This document shows, piece by piece, positions 10,082 through 18,728 of a stretch of 64,000 nt of DNA. Location: assembly GCA_937925335.1 (NCBI GenBank), contig CALEWY010000012.1, positions 14,137-78,136 of the forward strand, given 5' to 3'. Numbering within the stretch: the first letter of the stretch is position 1; the number at the start of each line of letters is the position of its first letter. The position numbers were made by a program, and so were the translations under genes. The DNA comes from an uncultured Acidimicrobiales bacterium (lineage in GTDB: Bacteria; Actinomycetota; Acidimicrobiia; Acidimicrobiales; SZUA-35). The notes under the pieces are model-generated. The model worked only from the letters and a program-made list of their open reading frames with translations. It had not been told where the DNA came from and did no database searches.

Positions 10082-11053
10082 TCACCCGAGGAGGACACTC
10101 TCCTTGGGTGACGCCTCAACAAGTCTCGACGCCGTTTCCCAAAGCTCAGCGGCGTTGTCGTCGTCCAACGCAAGTGACGCCAACGGCTCCGGGTGACCGT
10201 CGTCGATGTACTCGAAGCCAACGTCGACGAAGCGGTGCGAGTCCAGAAGCTCTCGGACCATCGAAGCCGTATCGGCTGACAGCCGCATGTTGTCGACGAA
10301 CGGCGTGACGGCCCGCCCAACGAGCCGCAAAAGGAATCGTGCAAGAGCAGGAGCATCGCGAGCCAGGTCGGTATCGACCATCAGACCGGGGTCGAGGGCA
10401 AAGACTTCTGGATCCAACCCGACGGCATCGAGTCGTCGCTGAAGCTCGCGAGCTTGATACACGTTGGCGAGCTTGGAGGTCGAGTATCGGCCAGGACCAT
10501 CGGTGATGAAGTCCGACCCGGTTTGTGCCTGTTGGAAGGCGAGCTTCTCAGTGCCAACCCAGGTCGGCAACGGAATGCGCAATCGACGGGCGAGTTTGTT
10601 GCCCGGGTGGTGCACGCCGCTCGACACGATCACGATCCGACACCCCTGCATGAGGTGTGGTGAGAGGCGATGTAGGAGCAGCTGGTGAGCCAGAACGTTC
10701 ACTCCGAACGTCAGGTCAAAGCCTTGCGCACTCGTCGTCAACGTGTCCGTCGTCGAGATCCCAGCGTTCGCAACGATTCCGTGGAGCGGAGGCAACTCGT
10801 CGTTCTCAAGAGCCTGATCGATCGTTCGATTGAGGTCGTCGAGGTCGGCAAGGTCTGCCACGAACACCGAGGCACTCCCTCCGCTCGAAACGATCTCATC
10901 GACGACCGCTTCAACAGCGTCGGGCCGTCGGCCAGCCACAACGACGTGGCGTCCATTGGCCGCGAGCTCGCGGGCAACGTTGCGACCAAGGCCTCCCGTT
11001 GCGCCAGAGACAAAGACGGCTCCGGAAGGGTTCGGTTGTTCGTTGTTGGTCAT
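10082..11053 (-). CDS. SDR family oxidoreductase
   Basis: SGATGGLG glycine motif and a YSTSK catalytic motif. Confidence 0.85.
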   Translation of the reverse strand: MTNNEQPNPSGAVFVSGATGGLGRNVARELAANGRHVVVAGRRPDAVEAVVDEIVSSGGSASVFVADLADLDDLNRTIDQALENDELPPLHGIVANAGISTTDTLTTSAQGFDLTFGVNVLAHQLLLHRLSPHLMQGCRIVIVSSGVHHPGNKLARRLRIPLPTWVGTEKLAFQQAQTGSDFITDGPGRYSTSKLANVYQARELQRRLDAVGLDPEVFALDPGLMVDTDLARDAPALARFLLRLVGRAVTPFVDNMRLSADTASMVRELLDSHRFVDVGFEYIDDGHPEPLASLALDDDNAAELWETASRLVEASPKESVLLG

Positions 11054-11070
11054 AGCGACGACTCGTTTCG

Positions 11071-11751
11071 TTGAAGATGGACGCTGTCGACCTTACTCTG
11101 AAGATGGACGACGTACACCTTCGTGATGATCGGTACGATGCCGATGTGCCCTACCCCTCCCAGATCGACCCCACTCGCATCGGTGCTGCTGGGTTGGAGA
11201 TCGTGGAGGCGAAGGGCTGGGAGGCGTGGTCGCTACGCGACGTCGCGAAAGAGCTCGGCGTCACACCGAACGCGATCTACGGCCATGTCGATGGACGCGC
11301 GGGCCTCCTCACGGAGATCGGTGCCGAGGCCGCTCGGCTCCTCGCGGCCGAACTCGAGCCCCACGATCTACCGCCCGAACCATTCGAAGCCGTCATCGAG
11401 GTCGCACAGCGGTACGTCCGTTTTGCCACCGCTCGACCCCATGCGTACCAAGCGTTCACCGCGGCAAAACCGGAGATATCGGATCCAGCGGTGCAGCCGT
11501 GGATCGAGCTTTGGGTCGCGGTTCGAAGCGTGGTCGCCCTGGCCGTGCCGGCATCACCGGACGCTGCAGCCTTCGCACTCTGGGCATTGATTCATGGGCG
11601 GACGAGCTTGGCGGCCGGACCCGCACGGATGACCGACGCAAGCACTGGGCTGAGCGATTCGGTCAGAGCGTTGCTGGCCGGGTTCGCAGCGGCACAGCCC
11701 ATAGGGTCGCCGATACCGGATCTACACGACAGAGTTCCGCCGATCGAGTGA
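11071..11751 (+). CDS. TetR family transcriptional regulator
   Basis: HTH segment WSLRDVAKELGVTPNAIYGHV. It is divergent from the SDR gene. The start may be an internal ATG near 11104. Confidence 0.8.
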   Translation: MKMDAVDLTLKMDDVHLRDDRYDADVPYPSQIDPTRIGAAGLEIVEAKGWEAWSLRDVAKELGVTPNAIYGHVDGRAGLLTEIGAEAARLLAAELEPHDLPPEPFEAVIEVAQRYVRFATARPHAYQAFTAAKPEISDPAVQPWIELWVAVRSVVALAVPASPDAAAFALWALIHGRTSLAAGPARMTDASTGLSDSVRALLAGFAAAQPIGSPIPDLHDRVPPIE

Positions 11752-11758
11752 GCCGCTT

Positions 11759-12109
11759 TCAGCAGACCGGGTTGTGGCCGAGGAGGCACAAGCCGAGTTC
11801 CATGACGCCGCCAACACACGGGTCGATCAACCGGTAGAAGATGCGATTGCCGTCGCGCCGGGTTGCGACGATCTGTTGGTCAGCCATCCGTTGCAGATGG
11901 TTTGAGACGGCTTGGGCGCTCGACCCGATCTCTTCGGCAATGTCGGAAACCGACGACTCTCCTGCTCGGGCGATGGCGTGAAGGATGCGCAGGCGCGTGT
12001 CGTTCGCGAGGACGCGAAAGAGCGCCGCCAGTTCGTCGACCTCTGGCTGATCGATGAGGTCGCGTTGAGCGAGCGCGGGCGGAATGAGGGTTTCTTGAGG
12101 GGTTGACAT
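11759..12109 (-). CDS. arsR: ArsR/SmtB family metalloregulator
   Basis: LFRVLANDTRLRILHAI...SVSDIAEEIGSSAQAVSNHLQRM winged-helix signature. It is divergent from the ars-type genes. An alternative TTG start lies at 12118. Confidence 0.85.
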   Translation of the reverse strand: MSTPQETLIPPALAQRDLIDQPEVDELAALFRVLANDTRLRILHAIARAGESSVSDIAEEIGSSAQAVSNHLQRMADQQIVATRRDGNRIFYRLIDPCVGGVMELGLCLLGHNPVC

Positions 12110-12169
12110 CTCTTCCAAACTATTACAGTGTGTTGTGTAACAGTTGAATACTACTCAAGAGGAGACCCA

Positions 12170-12934
12170 ATGTCCAGGTTCCAGCTCTCGGTCAACGTCG
12201 CCGACGTTGACGCCGCCGTCGGCTTCTACACCAAGCTCTTCGGCGTCGAACCAGCAAAGCACCGGCCCGGCTACGCCAACTTCGTCGTTGCCGATCCACC
12301 CATGAAGTTCATCGTTGTCGAGGACGAAGGCACGCCGGGTTCGATCAACCACCTTGGCATCGAGCACGACAGCCCTGAAGCCGTCGCAGCCGAAACACGT
12401 CGAGTGATCGGAGCCGGGCTCGAGATGGAGCTCGATGATCCGCACACGTGTTGTTACGCCACCCAGGAAAAGGCCTGGGCGCAAGATGCCGACAGTCTTC
12501 CGTGGGAGATCTACACGGTCGTCGCCGACACGGAGAACTTCGGAGCAAGCCCTCGCGGCGGCACCCCACTCGACGTCATGCTCCCTCCCGTCGATGCCGA
12601 TTTCGTTGAGCGGGCGCTGTTGGACGACACAGCCATCGTGATCGACGCTCAGGGTGAGGGCGGATTCGACAACGCACATATCCCCGGTTCGATCGACGTC
12701 AGCCTCGACACGGTTCTCGAGCAAGCGAAGACGCTCTTTCCTCGGAAGGATCAGCCGATCATCGTTGCGTGCACTGACGAGGGTTGCGCAGGGAGCGAGT
12801 TCGTTGGGACCCAGTTGGTTCATGCCGGGTATACCCACGTCAATCGCTTCCCGGGTGGCGTCGCTGAGTGGGAGGCGACCGGTCGGTTGGTCGCTCGTCC
12901 CACCGCCGACCCCAAACAACCTGCCGGCGCGTGA
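12170..12934 (+). CDS. ArsI/CadI-type VOC (glyoxalase-fold) domain fused to a rhodanese-like domain
   Basis: SD AAGAGGAG precedes ATG 12170. The N-terminal half reads MSRFQLSVNV...FYTKLFG..PGYANF...HLGIE..HTCCYA..W.IY, the CadI/ArsI pattern with the vicinal Cys pair. The C-terminal half has a rhodanese loop (PIIVACTDEGCAGS). Confidence 0.75.
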   Translation: MSRFQLSVNVADVDAAVGFYTKLFGVEPAKHRPGYANFVVADPPMKFIVVEDEGTPGSINHLGIEHDSPEAVAAETRRVIGAGLEMELDDPHTCCYATQEKAWAQDADSLPWEIYTVVADTENFGASPRGGTPLDVMLPPVDADFVERALLDDTAIVIDAQGEGGFDNAHIPGSIDVSLDTVLEQAKTLFPRKDQPIIVACTDEGCAGSEFVGTQLVHAGYTHVNRFPGGVAEWEATGRLVARPTADPKQPAGA

Positions 12935-14028
12935 GCATCGGCCAGACGGGACCGCTCACATCCGGACCGCCCAAGTCCGGACCGGCCGAGTCAGGACCGC
13001 TTGAGTTGGATCAGACCGACCCTGCGCAAGCTGCGCTGAGTCGGTCCGATCGGTTCCAGCCGGTCGTGTTGCTGGCGTCGGTCGGGTTGGGATTGGCGCT
13101 CGCCAAGATCGCTCCCTCGGCATCAGACCTGTTCGGGGCCCTCGTGTCCGTCGGGGTATTCGCGCTGATCTATCTCGTCATGCTCAGCGTCGACCTGAGC
13201 GGTATCGCAAGGGCCTTTGACCAGCGTCAATTTCTGGTCGTTGCCGTCACGATCAACTTCATCGTGAACCCGCTCATCGCCTGGGGCCTTGGAGCATTGT
13301 TCCTCGGCGATGAGCCAGAGCTTTGGGTCGGCCTCATGTTGTTCTTGGTGACGCCGTGTGTTGGTTGGTATCTGATCTTTACCGAGCTGGCAGGAGGCGA
13401 CGCCGTTCTCGGTGTCAGCCTCTTGGCGGTCAACATCGTGCTTCAACTGCTGCTGTTGCCGGTCTACCTGTGGCTCCTCGCCGGGCAGGTGCTCACCCTC
13501 AACCCGTCGACGATCGCATCGAGCGTCGGGCTCTTCCTTGTGCTGCCACTCGCTGGAGCCGCACTCACTCGATCGGCCATCACTCGTTCCGGTCAGACGC
13601 TCAACGAGATCGAAGTGAGGCTGCCATTTTCAACGATCAAGACCGGCGCACTCGTCATGGTCATCGTCTCGATGTTCGCATCACAGGGCGAGGTCCTCTT
13701 CGAGAACCCGGCCGTCCTCTGGCAGGTGACCCCACCGATTCTCGCCTTCTTCGTCGTCGCATTCGGCGTGGCGATCATCGGAGCGAAGCTCGCAGGACAG
13801 ACCTACGAGCAGGCCGCACTTCTCGTGTTCACCACAACATCTCGCAACTCCGAAGCGTCACTTGCGATCGCGGCGACCGCCTTCACCAGTCCGCTCGTTG
13901 CGCTCACCGTTGTCATCGGACCCGTCATTGAACTTCCGCTCCTCGTGGTGATGGTCCACGCGCTGAAACGCCTGCGGCCGCTCTTTCAATCATCGGTCGC
14001 TTCGGAAGCCGTCCAACCGGGCATCTAG
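12931..14028 (+). CDS. acr3: ACR3/BART-superfamily arsenite efflux permease-like protein
   Basis: GTG 12931 overlaps the upstream stop (GTGA). It is a polytopic membrane protein with a conserved Pro-Cys helix (LFLVTPCVGWY), comparable to the ACR3 catalytic-Cys helix. It sits in an ars context. Confidence 0.7.
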   Translation: MSIGQTGPLTSGPPKSGPAESGPLELDQTDPAQAALSRSDRFQPVVLLASVGLGLALAKIAPSASDLFGALVSVGVFALIYLVMLSVDLSGIARAFDQRQFLVVAVTINFIVNPLIAWGLGALFLGDEPELWVGLMLFLVTPCVGWYLIFTELAGGDAVLGVSLLAVNIVLQLLLLPVYLWLLAGQVLTLNPSTIASSVGLFLVLPLAGAALTRSAITRSGQTLNEIEVRLPFSTIKTGALVMVIVSMFASQGEVLFENPAVLWQVTPPILAFFVVAFGVAIIGAKLAGQTYEQAALLVFTTTSRNSEASLAIAATAFTSPLVALTVVIGPVIELPLLVVMVHALKRLRPLFQSSVASEAVQPGI

Positions 14029-14029
14029 C

Positions 14030-15447
14030 GTGCTCCGCATGACAGCGGAAGCATCCATGCCCGAAGCCCAGATGCCAGAAACCCAGCTGCCGAACGCCCA
14101 GACACCAAACATCCTTACTCCCGACGCTCTTGCGACGGCGGCTCGTGATGGGAGTATCGACACGGTCATCGTGGGGTTCACCGACCACTACGGGCGCCTC
14201 GTTGGGAAGCGCTTCGATGCAGAGTTCTTCGTCGAGTCAGCGATCGTCGACGGCACTCATGCGTGCGACTACCTCTTCACCGTCGACATGGAGATGGAGC
14301 CGGTGGAGGGGTACTCGTTCGCCAATTGGGAGGGTGGGTATGGAGACGTCCACTCGTGCCAGACATGGGCACGCTCCGTCTGGCCGGCTGGACCGAACGC
14401 GTTGCGATCGTGCTGTGTGATGTCCACACCGCCGGCCACGAGCTGGTCGAGATCGCCCCTCGCACGATCCTTCATCGCCAGGTCGAAGCGGCCGCCGCAC
14501 AGGGTCTGCGGGTTGAGGCGGCGTCGGAACTCGAGTTCTTCTTGTTTCGCACGAGCTACCGAGACGTGCATCATGGCACCACCCCTGAACCGGCGGGGTG
14601 GTACGTCGAGGACTACCACCTCCTCCAGGGAGCACGCGTGGAGGACTACGTCGGGGCGGCTCGACGAGCCCTGAAAGCGTCGTCGATACCGGTCGAGAAC
14701 TCCAAGGGTGAAGCCGCGATCGGCCAGCACGAGCTGAACATTCGCTACGCGCCGGCGGCCGATATGGCCGACCGCCATGCGGTGATGAAACACGGCATGA
14801 AGGAGCTGGCCGACTCGATGGGCGTGAGCGTGACGTTCATGGCCAAGCCCGACGCCGGCCAGCCAGGGAACAGCTGCCATCTCCACGTGAGCCTGTGGGA
14901 TGGCGAGCGCAACGTCTTCGATGATCGCGACGGTGGCCGAACCGACATGTTCCGCTGGTTCCTGGGCGGATGGATGCGCCACTGCGCCGACCTCTTCGTG
15001 ATGTACGCACCCACGATCAATTCCTACAAGCGCTACCAGGATCAGTCGTGGGCGCCGACCGGTTTGGCGTGGTCAACCGACAACCGAACGGCCGGGTTCC
15101 GGGTGGTCGGCAGCGGTCCGAGTTTGAGGATCGAATGTCGGCTCCCCGGTGCTGATGCGAATCCCTACCTTGCCTTTGCCGCAGCGATCGCCAGCGGGCT
15201 CGATGGAGTCGCAAACAAGATCGAGCCGCCAGCCGAGTTCGACGGCGACGTGTACCGGTCCGATGTTGAGCGCGTCCCGACCACACTTCGAGCGGCGACC
15301 GAGCGCTTCGAAGCAAGCGAAGATGCTCGCCGGTTGCTCGGCGATGCAGTGGTCGAGCACTACAGCCACTTCTTCAAGAACGAAGTCGCCGCGTTCGATG
15401 CCGCGGTGACGGATTGGGAACAGCGTCGCTACTTCGAACGCATCTGA
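14030..15447 (+). pseudogene. glutamine synthetase family gene (GlnA3/GlnA4 or gamma-glutamyl-amine ligase-like), frameshifted
   Basis: The N-terminal beta-grasp domain is in the 14030 frame (IDTVIVGFTDHYGRLVGKRF...GGYGDVH). The catalytic domain is in the 14263 frame (LVPDMGTLRL...ELEFFLF...NSCHLHVSLW...YAPTINSYKR...NRTAGFRV). The two frames meet at 14351-14356 and differ by one base. Confidence 0.75.
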
Positions 15448-15491
15448 CCGAGCAGACCGGCTGCCAAACCAGAACCTGGCATCATCGTTCG

Positions 15492-15791
15492 ATGGAGCTC
15501 CGTCTGACGTTCGTCGCCGAACTGCGCCCGTGGTCATCCAATCCCGCAATGACGTTGGTGACACTTCCCGTCGATGATGCGGAAGACATTCGCGAACTCG
15601 TGCCTGAGCGGCGCGGCTTTGGATCGGTGCCGGTCGGGGTTGAGATCGGTGACACGCACTGGAACACCTCGGTCTTCCCGGACAAGGAGGCCGACTCGTT
15701 CGTGCTGCCAATCAAGAAGGCCGTTCGTGTTGCACAGGGAATCGACATTGGTGACGAGGCGGAGATCACGCTCGTGATTCAGCTCGACTGA
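15492..15791 (+). CDS. DUF1905 domain protein
   Basis: MELRLTFVAEL...WNTSVFPDKEADSFVLPIKKAVR pattern. The ATG lies within the longer 15414 ORF. Confidence 0.7.
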   Translation: MELRLTFVAELRPWSSNPAMTLVTLPVDDAEDIRELVPERRGFGSVPVGVEIGDTHWNTSVFPDKEADSFVLPIKKAVRVAQGIDIGDEAEITLVIQLD

Positions 15792-16057
15792 CCTCGTCGT
15801 TTCCAAATTGGGCTTCCCCAGTTGGGCTTCGCATCGGCGCAACAAGGCTGCGCTCCAAGGGGCCTCCGCCGCATGCTGGTCGACCGCTGTTGTGTGCCGG
15901 AAGAGGCGCCGGTCAAGCTGCAACGGGTGGACGCCAAGATGCTGTTCATCCTGGCCAGCATCGCCCTCAGTGTGTGGTTCTTGATTCCTCTACTCGCCGA
16001 CGTCGACGACATCTGGCGCCAGGTCGAGATCCCCGCGTCGCCTTGCGGAGCTTTGCT

Positions 16058-16483
16058 CTACTCATCGAGCTCATTCGACAACGGATCGGTGCCGCTCACC
16101 GCATCGATTCGGCTGTCGCTGACCTCGACCGAACAGGTTGCGGGTGCTGCCACGGGCACTCCGAGCCACGATGACTCGACCACCGATTCGCCAGGGGCAA
16201 GCAGGTCGATCGGGTGGAGGTCGAAGTCTTTCGTCTCGCCATTGGCATCGGTGATCGAAACCAGCACGTTGAACCGGCGGTACCGGTCTTCGAGGTTGGT
16301 GATCTCAATCTCGTAGGCCGTCGTGCCTTCCGCCGTCTCAGCCTCACAACTCGTGAGCTCGATCGCGAAACTGTCCGGATCGGCGGGACCGGGGTTCGGA
16401 GCCACGCATCCAGCACACAGGCCGCTGACGATGGCTCCAAAGGCCAAGAGTTTCGATCGACGCATCGTTGGAAAGGATGTCAC
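16058..16483 (-). CDS. small lipoprotein (candidate immunity protein)
   Basis: Lipobox LCAGC after MRRSKLLAFGAIVSG. It starts 20-38 nt downstream of the hydrolase gene on the same strand. An alternative start lies at 16465. Confidence 0.55.
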   Translation of the reverse strand: MTSFPTMRRSKLLAFGAIVSGLCAGCVAPNPGPADPDSFAIELTSCEAETAEGTTAYEIEITNLEDRYRRFNVLVSITDANGETKDFDLHPIDLLAPGESVVESSWLGVPVAAPATCSVEVSDSRIDAVSGTDPLSNELDE

Positions 16484-16503
16484 GGAACCAGCGAACCTCG
16501 TTC

Positions 16504-18294
16504 TCAGCGGATGGAAACGTCGACCGCCACGCTGTCACCCGCGGTGGTGTAGCCAGCGGCATCAACGCTCTCGAAGAACGAGGTGAGCGCAGCATCGTCT
16601 GGATGGTCGTTCAGTGCCGCGATGTAGTTGTTCTGGTGATGACCGGCGCCTTCCCCATCACCCGAGAACACGTACATGATCTGGCTGTCGGTCACCTGCG
16701 TGACACCCGCATCGGGGAGGAATCCGATCGTGTCGGCGTAGAACTGCGACGTGTCGTTGTTCCACACGTCCTGCGCGATCTCGACGGGATTCGTGACGAC
16801 GTTGACGACAACCTCGTTCGGTTTGTTCGCCAGCGAACCGACGCCCCAGAGCATGTTTCCTGATGCCGTCACGCCGTCCCACATGCTGCCGGCGAAGCCT
16901 CGGGGGTCGCCGGAGAACACGGCATCGACTGCGTCGTAGGCCGCGTGAGCTGCTGCGTTCGGGTGTTCAAACGCTCGCTCAGCGAGCACCGGTAGATCGA
17001 TGTCGTTCTGAAGGATCAACACTTCGGTGTGGTCGGGGATGTGATCGAGCTGTGGCTCGGAGTGATAGGCCGCAGACACGACGTGCGTGACGTTGAAACC
17101 GTCCGGACCGTTGAACGATGAATCTGCCGCAAGGTCAGCAACCGTGTCTCCGCCATAGCTATGACCAACGAGCATGATGTTCGCCCCCGCTGGCAGCTCC
17201 TCGCGCAGGTAGCGGCGAACGAGGATTGCGTACTCGTTGTCGTCAACATCAGAACCGGTCGCCGAACGCAGTGCGTATTGATCGACGTCGCGAACCGTTT
17301 CGTTGAACGGATCCAGGCCGAATCCAGCCGGCATGGAGGAAAGGTCTGTGACGCCTGGAAGCACGACGGTGAAGGTGTTGTCGCCGTGATCGACGATCTC
17401 GAATTCGTCGTTCAGAATCTGCGTCGGATTTCCCGTGTCGGTCAGGAACTGATTGATCGCAGCGATGCCTCGATCGTGGGCATCAGCGCCATCGATCGAG
17501 AAGGGATCTCGTTCCTCGGATGTGAACTGGCCGCCGAGATCACCGTGCTGAGGTGTGTTGATCGGCGTGAAGAGACCAACGAGCCAGTCGGCAACGACGA
17601 GGCCAGGATCGTTCCCGGTCGGGAGCAACGCCATGGCGCCACGCTCGAACCAGCTTCTGTCATCGCTCGGCAGGGCGAGCGGTGACTCACCGAGTGCCGT
17701 GGCTGTCGCAGTGTTCAACCGAGATTCGTCGCCAGACAGCCGATCGTGAACACCAAGAAACGACCCGAGCGCGTCGCCGGCCGACGAGAACGCCGTCACC
17801 GCCTGATTGAAGAGCCGTTCCGAATCGCGTTCGGTTTGTTCGAGCAGCGGCCGACCGGGATCGTCGAGCGCAACCCCGTCGAGTGCACGTCGGGCTCGGC
17901 CAAGGTCGCCCCGCCGCCGATCACGCGTCTCTTTGGCCTTGCTTTCCTCGACCGCTGCTTGTTCGGCTGCCTCCCGCTCTCGGGTGTCTTCGGCGATCAA
18001 CTCGTCGAGCTCGGTTCCATGGCCTCGCAACGTTGCCTCGATCTCCGAAAGCCGAGCCGGCATCTCTGCATGATCGGCAACGACTGCGTTTGCCAGGGCG
18101 TGAAACGCATCTGCTGACAAACCTTCGAACCCGTCACCGGCGGTTGCGATCATCACGTCGACCTCGACCAACGCTTCCTCGAGTTCGACTCGTTTGGCGG
18201 CGATGTCATCGGCCGCACTTCGAAACTCGACCGGGTCGCCCTTCACGGGGTTGTCATCGATGCCGAACAGGTTCGTCCACGACCAGCCCATCAC
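16504..18294 (-). CDS. helical N-terminal domain + alpha/beta-hydrolase (GHSYG) protein, candidate secreted lipase-type effector
   Basis: 596 aa with no signal peptide. Residues 1 to about 230 are Ala/Glu/Arg-rich and helical. The C-terminal domain carries the nucleophile elbow IMLVGHSYGGDTVADL. Confidence 0.7.
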   Translation of the reverse strand: MMGWSWTNLFGIDDNPVKGDPVEFRSAADDIAAKRVELEEALVEVDVMIATAGDGFEGLSADAFHALANAVVADHAEMPARLSEIEATLRGHGTELDELIAEDTREREAAEQAAVEESKAKETRDRRRGDLGRARRALDGVALDDPGRPLLEQTERDSERLFNQAVTAFSSAGDALGSFLGVHDRLSGDESRLNTATATALGESPLALPSDDRSWFERGAMALLPTGNDPGLVVADWLVGLFTPINTPQHGDLGGQFTSEERDPFSIDGADAHDRGIAAINQFLTDTGNPTQILNDEFEIVDHGDNTFTVVLPGVTDLSSMPAGFGLDPFNETVRDVDQYALRSATGSDVDDNEYAILVRRYLREELPAGANIMLVGHSYGGDTVADLAADSSFNGPDGFNVTHVVSAAYHSEPQLDHIPDHTEVLILQNDIDLPVLAERAFEHPNAAAHAAYDAVDAVFSGDPRGFAGSMWDGVTASGNMLWGVGSLANKPNEVVVNVVTNPVEIAQDVWNNDTSQFYADTIGFLPDAGVTQVTDSQIMYVFSGDGEGAGHHQNNYIAALNDHPDDAALTSFFESVDAAGYTTAGDSVAVDVSIR

Positions 18295-18608
18295 TGCACC
18301 CCTTCGAGATTCGCCGCGACGTTTGCGTCTGCCGCTGTGAACTGCTGGTCGGTCGACACCGCGATCGCCCGCAGGTCGTCAACTCGTTCCTGTAGTGCAA
18401 GCAGCGCGGCATCAACACCAGCGATCACATCGCCGTGAGCACTTGTCACGTCGCCCGCACCCGAGAACTCCCTCGATTGCACCGATGCGCCGCCGGCGAT
18501 CATTTGTACAACTCGACTCGCAACGTCAGCGGTTGCGCCGAGCACGCTGGATCGAATCAGAATCCCTGCCATCGCTCGAGCATGAGCGAAGTCGGTCGAC
18601 GACAACAT
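18291..18608 (-). CDS. small helical EspC/WXG100-like protein
   Basis: 105 aa from ATG 18608, preceded by a GGGGGAG SD. It is Ala/Val-rich helical and ends ...VSTDQQFTAADANVAANLEGVQ. Its stop overlaps the next start (ATGA). Confidence 0.55.
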   Translation of the reverse strand: MLSSTDFAHARAMAGILIRSSVLGATADVASRVVQMIAGGASVQSREFSGAGDVTSAHGDVIAGVDAALLALQERVDDLRAIAVSTDQQFTAADANVAANLEGVQ

Positions 18609-18728
18609 GGGGACCACTCCCCCAGCCGCTTCTCGGCGAAAACCTGACTCCACATTTGGGCTCTGACGGCTACCGTCGCCTTCGTCCGGATCCGGCGGGA
18701 AGACCGCACCTCAGACGATGGAGCCACG

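Noticed and set aside
12155-12919. 254-aa minus-strand ORF
   Set aside because: It is antisense to the ArsI/CadI-rhodanese gene, which has clear family motifs, an SD and translational coupling to the next gene.
14263-14350. treating 14263..15447 as an independent intact glutamine synthetase gene
   Set aside because: Its first 30 or so codons (MRLPLHRRHGDGAGGG...) are out-of-frame readings of the GS N-terminal domain, which reads cleanly in the 14030 frame. A frameshifted single gene explains both ORFs.
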